A DNA stretch of 63,358 bases, the filler included, from Licmophora abbreviata (taxonomy: Eukaryota): the NCBI GenBank assembly GCA_900291995.1. It is 10 parts of 10 records of this genome, joined end to end, with 100 filler letters (N's around TTAATTAATTAA, not from the genome) between each part and the next. Parts side by side here need not be neighbours in the genome. Positions count along the whole stretch, not along the records: positions 59,020 to 61,762 come from OLMU01003662.1; positions 61,863 to 63,358 come from OLMU01003666.1; 8 more parts are not named here. One strand, written 5' to 3'. Shown here in pieces: positions 59,540 to 63,358 of the stretch. Positions within the stretch are counted from its first letter, which is position 1. Each line of letters starts with the position of its first letter. The translations under genes and the position numbers were made by a program. The notes below the pieces were generated by a model. It saw nothing but the letters and a program-made list of their open reading frames with translations, ran no database searches and was not told where the DNA came from.

Positions 59540-60706
59540 ATGCAGAAAGTTTCGGTGCGGGCGTTTTCCTGGACGACGAGATCGAGAAATCGACATTTTT
59601 CTCCGTCCATCTCCTCTTCTCTGACGCAAGCCGTGCCGACCCCACGCCCCTCCGCTCCCTCTCACTCGTCGTCGGTCCAGCAACAGCGACACTTCAGTGG
59701 CAATGCTTCTTCTCGAGACACTCGTATTGCGGGTAGACGGCGTTTCTACAAGCAGGTGGGAGTGAAGTCGGTACCTCCTCCCTGGCAGGCGACAAAGGAA
59801 GACACAGATGCTGTCGTCGACTCGCCCATTAGCGCTGGAGTCGACAACACCCAGAGTGCATCGGGCGTCTCGCTCTCAGTATCCACTCCCCCCTCGCTCT
59901 ACCTACCACGTAGACCTGGATCTATTACCAGCTACTCTGATTCGGATGAATCATCATCTGTTGATTGGTTCGCCGTCACGCTCGATGGACGCATTTTGAA
60001 AACACCCCTGGGTCAAACACTGGCGGTCCCTTCTAGACTACTGGCGTGGGCCATTGCCGCCGAGTGGGACGCTCAAAACAAACTCATCCAGCCTACTCAG
60101 ATGCCTCTCATGACATTGACTTGTACAGCCTTGGATCAAATGCAAGTCGACACGGTCCGTCAACAGGTACTCGCCTATCTATCCACCGATACGACGTGCT
60201 TTTACGCCGACCCACTGGAAGATCGTGTCCTGCATCGGAAACAGACCCACGCATGGGATGGATTGCACCACTATTGTCGAGAACATGTACTCGGCGGTTT
60301 TGCTCCCTTTTGTGCCATGGGAGCTCAGGAAGCCATGCTCTTGTCCAGAGCACGCGACAAGGCGCCTCCGGGATTGCCGCATCCCCCCGAGCTACTGGAA
60401 GCGGCACGACAGTGGGTGGACACCTTGGATGTGTGGCACCTGACGGCACTCTTTAGTACTTCGTCGGAAGCCAAGAGCTTTCTTGTGGGTATGGCGCTCG
60501 TGTCATCCGTGTACGCGGACAGCGGGGGGCTGGACGTTCCACAGGCGATTCAAGCGGCCCGTGTGGAAGAGGAATTCCAGATTGAAGCTTGGGGACTCGT
60601 AGAGGGTGGGCATGATTACGATCGATTGAACTGTTCCGTTCAGATTCGCGCGGCACGGCTGCTGATATCGTCTATAGCAGCAGACAATAATGACCATGGT
60701 GCTTGA
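59540..60706 (+). CDS. ATP12: Mitochondrial F1-ATPase assembly factor ATP12/ATPAF2
   Basis: Presequence, RRFYKQV, VTLDGRILKTP, AIAAEWDAQ, MPLMTL, YLSTDTTCF and AARVEEEFQIEAWGLVEGGHD. Confidence 0.92.
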   Translation: MQKVSVRAFSWTTRSRNRHFSPSISSSLTQAVPTPRPSAPSHSSSVQQQRHFSGNASSRDTRIAGRRRFYKQVGVKSVPPPWQATKEDTDAVVDSPISAGVDNTQSASGVSLSVSTPPSLYLPRRPGSITSYSDSDESSSVDWFAVTLDGRILKTPLGQTLAVPSRLLAWAIAAEWDAQNKLIQPTQMPLMTLTCTALDQMQVDTVRQQVLAYLSTDTTCFYADPLEDRVLHRKQTHAWDGLHHYCREHVLGGFAPFCAMGAQEAMLLSRARDKAPPGLPHPPELLEAARQWVDTLDVWHLTALFSTSSEAKSFLVGMALVSSVYADSGGLDVPQAIQAARVEEEFQIEAWGLVEGGHDYDRLNCSVQIRAARLLISSIAADNNDHGA

Positions 60707-60821
60707 TGTGTGACACTGTCACCATTGAGCCGCAAAAGTCTAGCGTACACGTAGACAGTATACTGTGTATCATAGCTATTTCTGATATTGGCAGTGGAGT
60801 ATCTCGTGTGATACTTCTACA

Positions 60822-61604
60822 TTATAGAAAGAATGGAATCACAGCTCTTCGTTCCTTTGGATAGTCTTCAAATTTCTGGTTGTACCATCGGTGATGTGAT
60901 ATGCCTCGTGGTATCAGATTGGATGCAGTGTACAGCACAAACACCCATGCTACATACGCATTGTCGCAGGCAAGCGCATAGCCACCCCATTCGACAATTT
61001 CGCCAAAGTAGTGAGCCGCAGAACAGTACTCAAAGAGGCCACCGCGAGGGATCTGGTAGCTCTTTGTAGAGGAAGAACGCAGCTGCCTCAAGATATTGTC
61101 GGCATGAAAGTTAATGGACACGCCCGCCACAAACAGGGCGATTCCAGATCGAAATGCAAGAGAGGACAGGTGGTCCTCGGGGAAGGTCTGAAAGAGACAG
61201 AGATTCTGGGATTGAAGGTATCCATTGACGCTAGTAAAGCAAAATGCGGCGAATGCCACCATGAAGGGCATTCGTTTACTACTGGGACTTTGTCGAAGTG
61301 GATATAGAACTGCGCGATTGACGTAGTGCCCAACAAACAAGGCCAAGAGTAGCTGACTGGAAAGTTGCACATTGCTTCTCCTTCTCCTGAAACAAGAAAA
61401 GCCCCAGAGTAGATTGGGGAGCTCCATGACGAACCAGCACAGTCGACAGGGCAACAAGGGTCCCAGCCACCACTGATCGCCTCGAGTCTTGCCCCAGGGC
61501 GCGTCAATGAGGAACGTGAGAACTAAAAAGGTGGGTATCGACGATAGAAGCATGCCGTGAGCCACCATTTGGTGAAACTGAGGATCCTCAAGAGTCTTCC
61601 ACAT
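60822..61604 (-). CDS. Steroid 5-alpha-reductase (DET2/SRD5A-like)
   Basis: APWGK, WFVMELP, HYVNRA, NGYLQ, ADNILRQLR, YQIPRGGLFEY..AHYFGEIVEW, HHRWY and YPKERRAVIPF. Confidence 0.92.
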   Translation of the reverse strand: MWKTLEDPQFHQMVAHGMLLSSIPTFLVLTFLIDAPWGKTRGDQWWLGPLLPCRLCWFVMELPNLLWGFSCFRRRRSNVQLSSQLLLALFVGHYVNRAVLYPLRQSPSSKRMPFMVAFAAFCFTSVNGYLQSQNLCLFQTFPEDHLSSLAFRSGIALFVAGVSINFHADNILRQLRSSSTKSYQIPRGGLFEYCSAAHYFGEIVEWGGYALACDNAYVAWVFVLYTASNLIPRGISHHRWYNQKFEDYPKERRAVIPFFL

Positions 61605-61862
61605 CGTGATCACGATGATCCCCGTGGGGATAGAGAAGTGCCAAGACAGACCGGCGGCGGCGACATTCCATGGTCGAGCATTCGGGGACTTCAGATTGTG
61701 ATGGAAACACATGAAACACGACGATGGCCAGACGGCCACGATGAGCACGTACGGGTACCGCTNNNNNNNNNNNNNNNNNNNNNNNNNNNNNNNNNNNNNN
61801 NNNNNNTTAATTAATTAANNNNNNNNNNNNNNNNNNNNNNNNNNNNNNNNNNNNNNNNNNNN

Positions 61863-63358
61863 CTAGGCGCGTTTGACGGGCCACGACTGGCTTCGATACT
61901 TGGAGACGTGCTTGGTTCGTGCGTGGGAATAGAAGTCGGACGGGATGTCGGACTCGCGGATGCAGATTGGCTTGGGTATGTGCTCGGCACTAGGGAGCCC
62001 TCTTTTGAGGGTGTGACTGTAGGTGATGTCGTGGGTGAACTTGTTGGCGATCTGGTCGGTGACAATGTAGGTGCCTCTGACGGAACACTCGATGGCGCTT
62101 CACTAGGAGCCGTAGTTGGTTCCGAGCTCGGCACGAAACTAGGCAGATAACTCGGTGCTGAACTTGGTTCTCGCGAGGGCGAAGAACTCGGCGAGATAGA
62201 CGGAGTCGTCGTGGGAAAGGCCGTAGGTGAAATACTGGTTGTAGGCTGACTTGTTGGAGCGAATTGTGATGGATCGAACGCTACTCTGAAATAGTGAAGA
62301 TCGTCATGTAGACAAAATAGACCGTCGCTGATAGGATCAGCTTGTACCTCCACTGCTGTTGCGTAGCCGCCATCCGTACAGAGATCGACGGTAATAGTCT
62401 CAATGACGTCTATGGACTCCCCAGAGGACAAAGTTCTGTTCACAACCAACTCCAGAAGGGATGCGCTTTCGCTGTTTCGGATCCTGTTTACCTTTGTGAT
62501 GGTCATGGTGTCTGTCCCCAAATTGGAGATTGTGTAGGTATAGTCGACATCAACAGCGCACCCTTGGCCCGGAGACAGCTCCCCGCATGCAACACCACTA
62601 TCACCGACACAGGAAGATATCACCACGTCCACTCGGCACGGTGGTAGAATCGAGAATGCGTATACTGAAGTGTCCTCGCAGGGGATGCCACCGGGCGGGG
62701 CTGCTTCCACCAAAGACACTGTCCTGAAGGAACCCTGAGCACAAAGGTCAATTGTCTCGGTTTCTGTGAAGGTAGTTGTTTCGTCTGGACCGAGGGAGGT
62801 ATCTTGCACAAGCTCAATCAGATTTGCTTTTTCATCGTTGCGAGTTCTCTCAAAATCCGTGACGTCCATGCCCACCTGTCCGATATTGGAAATCAAGTAT
62901 GTGTACGTCATATCTGCCAAACAGTCTACTTCACCACATGCATGAATCTGAAGACTACCAAACACATCTTGCAGGTACACTTCTTCAGATATATCAATCG
63001 ACATTTCCTGATATGTACTCTGTCCAGTCATAGTTAAAATCTCGCACTCAAGCGCAGCTGTGACACTGCCAATGGTGAAGCGGTCCCCTGCCTGAAAAAT
63101 TTGATCCACAATGGCTTCCTGAGAGCCTTCTTCCTTACAGCGAATTAGGGCCCTGTCGACTTGCGTAACATCCTGCACGTCTGTGCAAGAGAAGTCATCA
63201 TTCTGGGTGTTGAGGCTTCCGCTGCAAGAATTGGGAACAAACATGAAGGTCATATCACTGATTGTGTTGCCATCAGAGCATAGCATAGCCTCAAGTCCTC
63301 GCACGCGATAACAGTCAGTACCAAACTCGTCGACACAGGATATTTCAGACTGCACGAT
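61863..63358 (-). CDS. Partial secreted or cell-surface protein with Cys-containing beta-rich repeats and a mucin-like PSxxP/PTxxP stalk
   Basis: Frame open at both ends; two repeats of YTYxISNxG...RxRN...DLC and a long PS/PT tetrad array. Confidence 0.8.

Overview
This is eukaryotic DNA, not a prokaryotic locus, and it is not continuous. Ten separate contigs are joined by nine artificial 100-bp spacers (44 N + TTAATTAATTAA + 44 N), so neighbourhoods are meaningful only within a contig. Gene density is high, genes carry short GT-AG introns, several have bipartite signal + 'AFVP/AFVV' plastid-targeting leaders, and there is a fused mitochondrial-type carbamoyl-phosphate synthetase plus fasciclin and PSxxP-repeat surface proteins. 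Together these indicate a diatom, probably pennate (inference). About 27 protein genes are supported: JmjC oxygenase, a plastid rubredoxin-domain protein, plastid ABC-F, plastid EF-P, Msp1/ATAD1, vacuolar sorting receptor, Hsp110, MFS, B-box/TM protein, DUF1349, PSTK, HIS6, SUMO-like/BTB protein, fasciclin, histone H1, p300/CBP-like HAT, KirBac-like channel, three kinases, CPS, EF-hand Ca2+ exchanger, mitochondrial MDH, SUZ12, ATP12 and steroid 5-alpha-reductase. There are also a few broken reading frames. I found no rRNA, tRNA, CRISPR array or intact mobile element. The best candidate for an undescribed system is on contig 2: a plastid ABC-F ATPase head-to-head with an atypical Arg-tipped (KQARG) EF-P, next to a third plastid-targeted gene, with an identical G-box 12-mer in both divergent promoters. 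This could be a co-regulated plastid ribosome-rescue module, but it is a hypothesis. All family assignments come from motif recognition by eye; no database searches were run.
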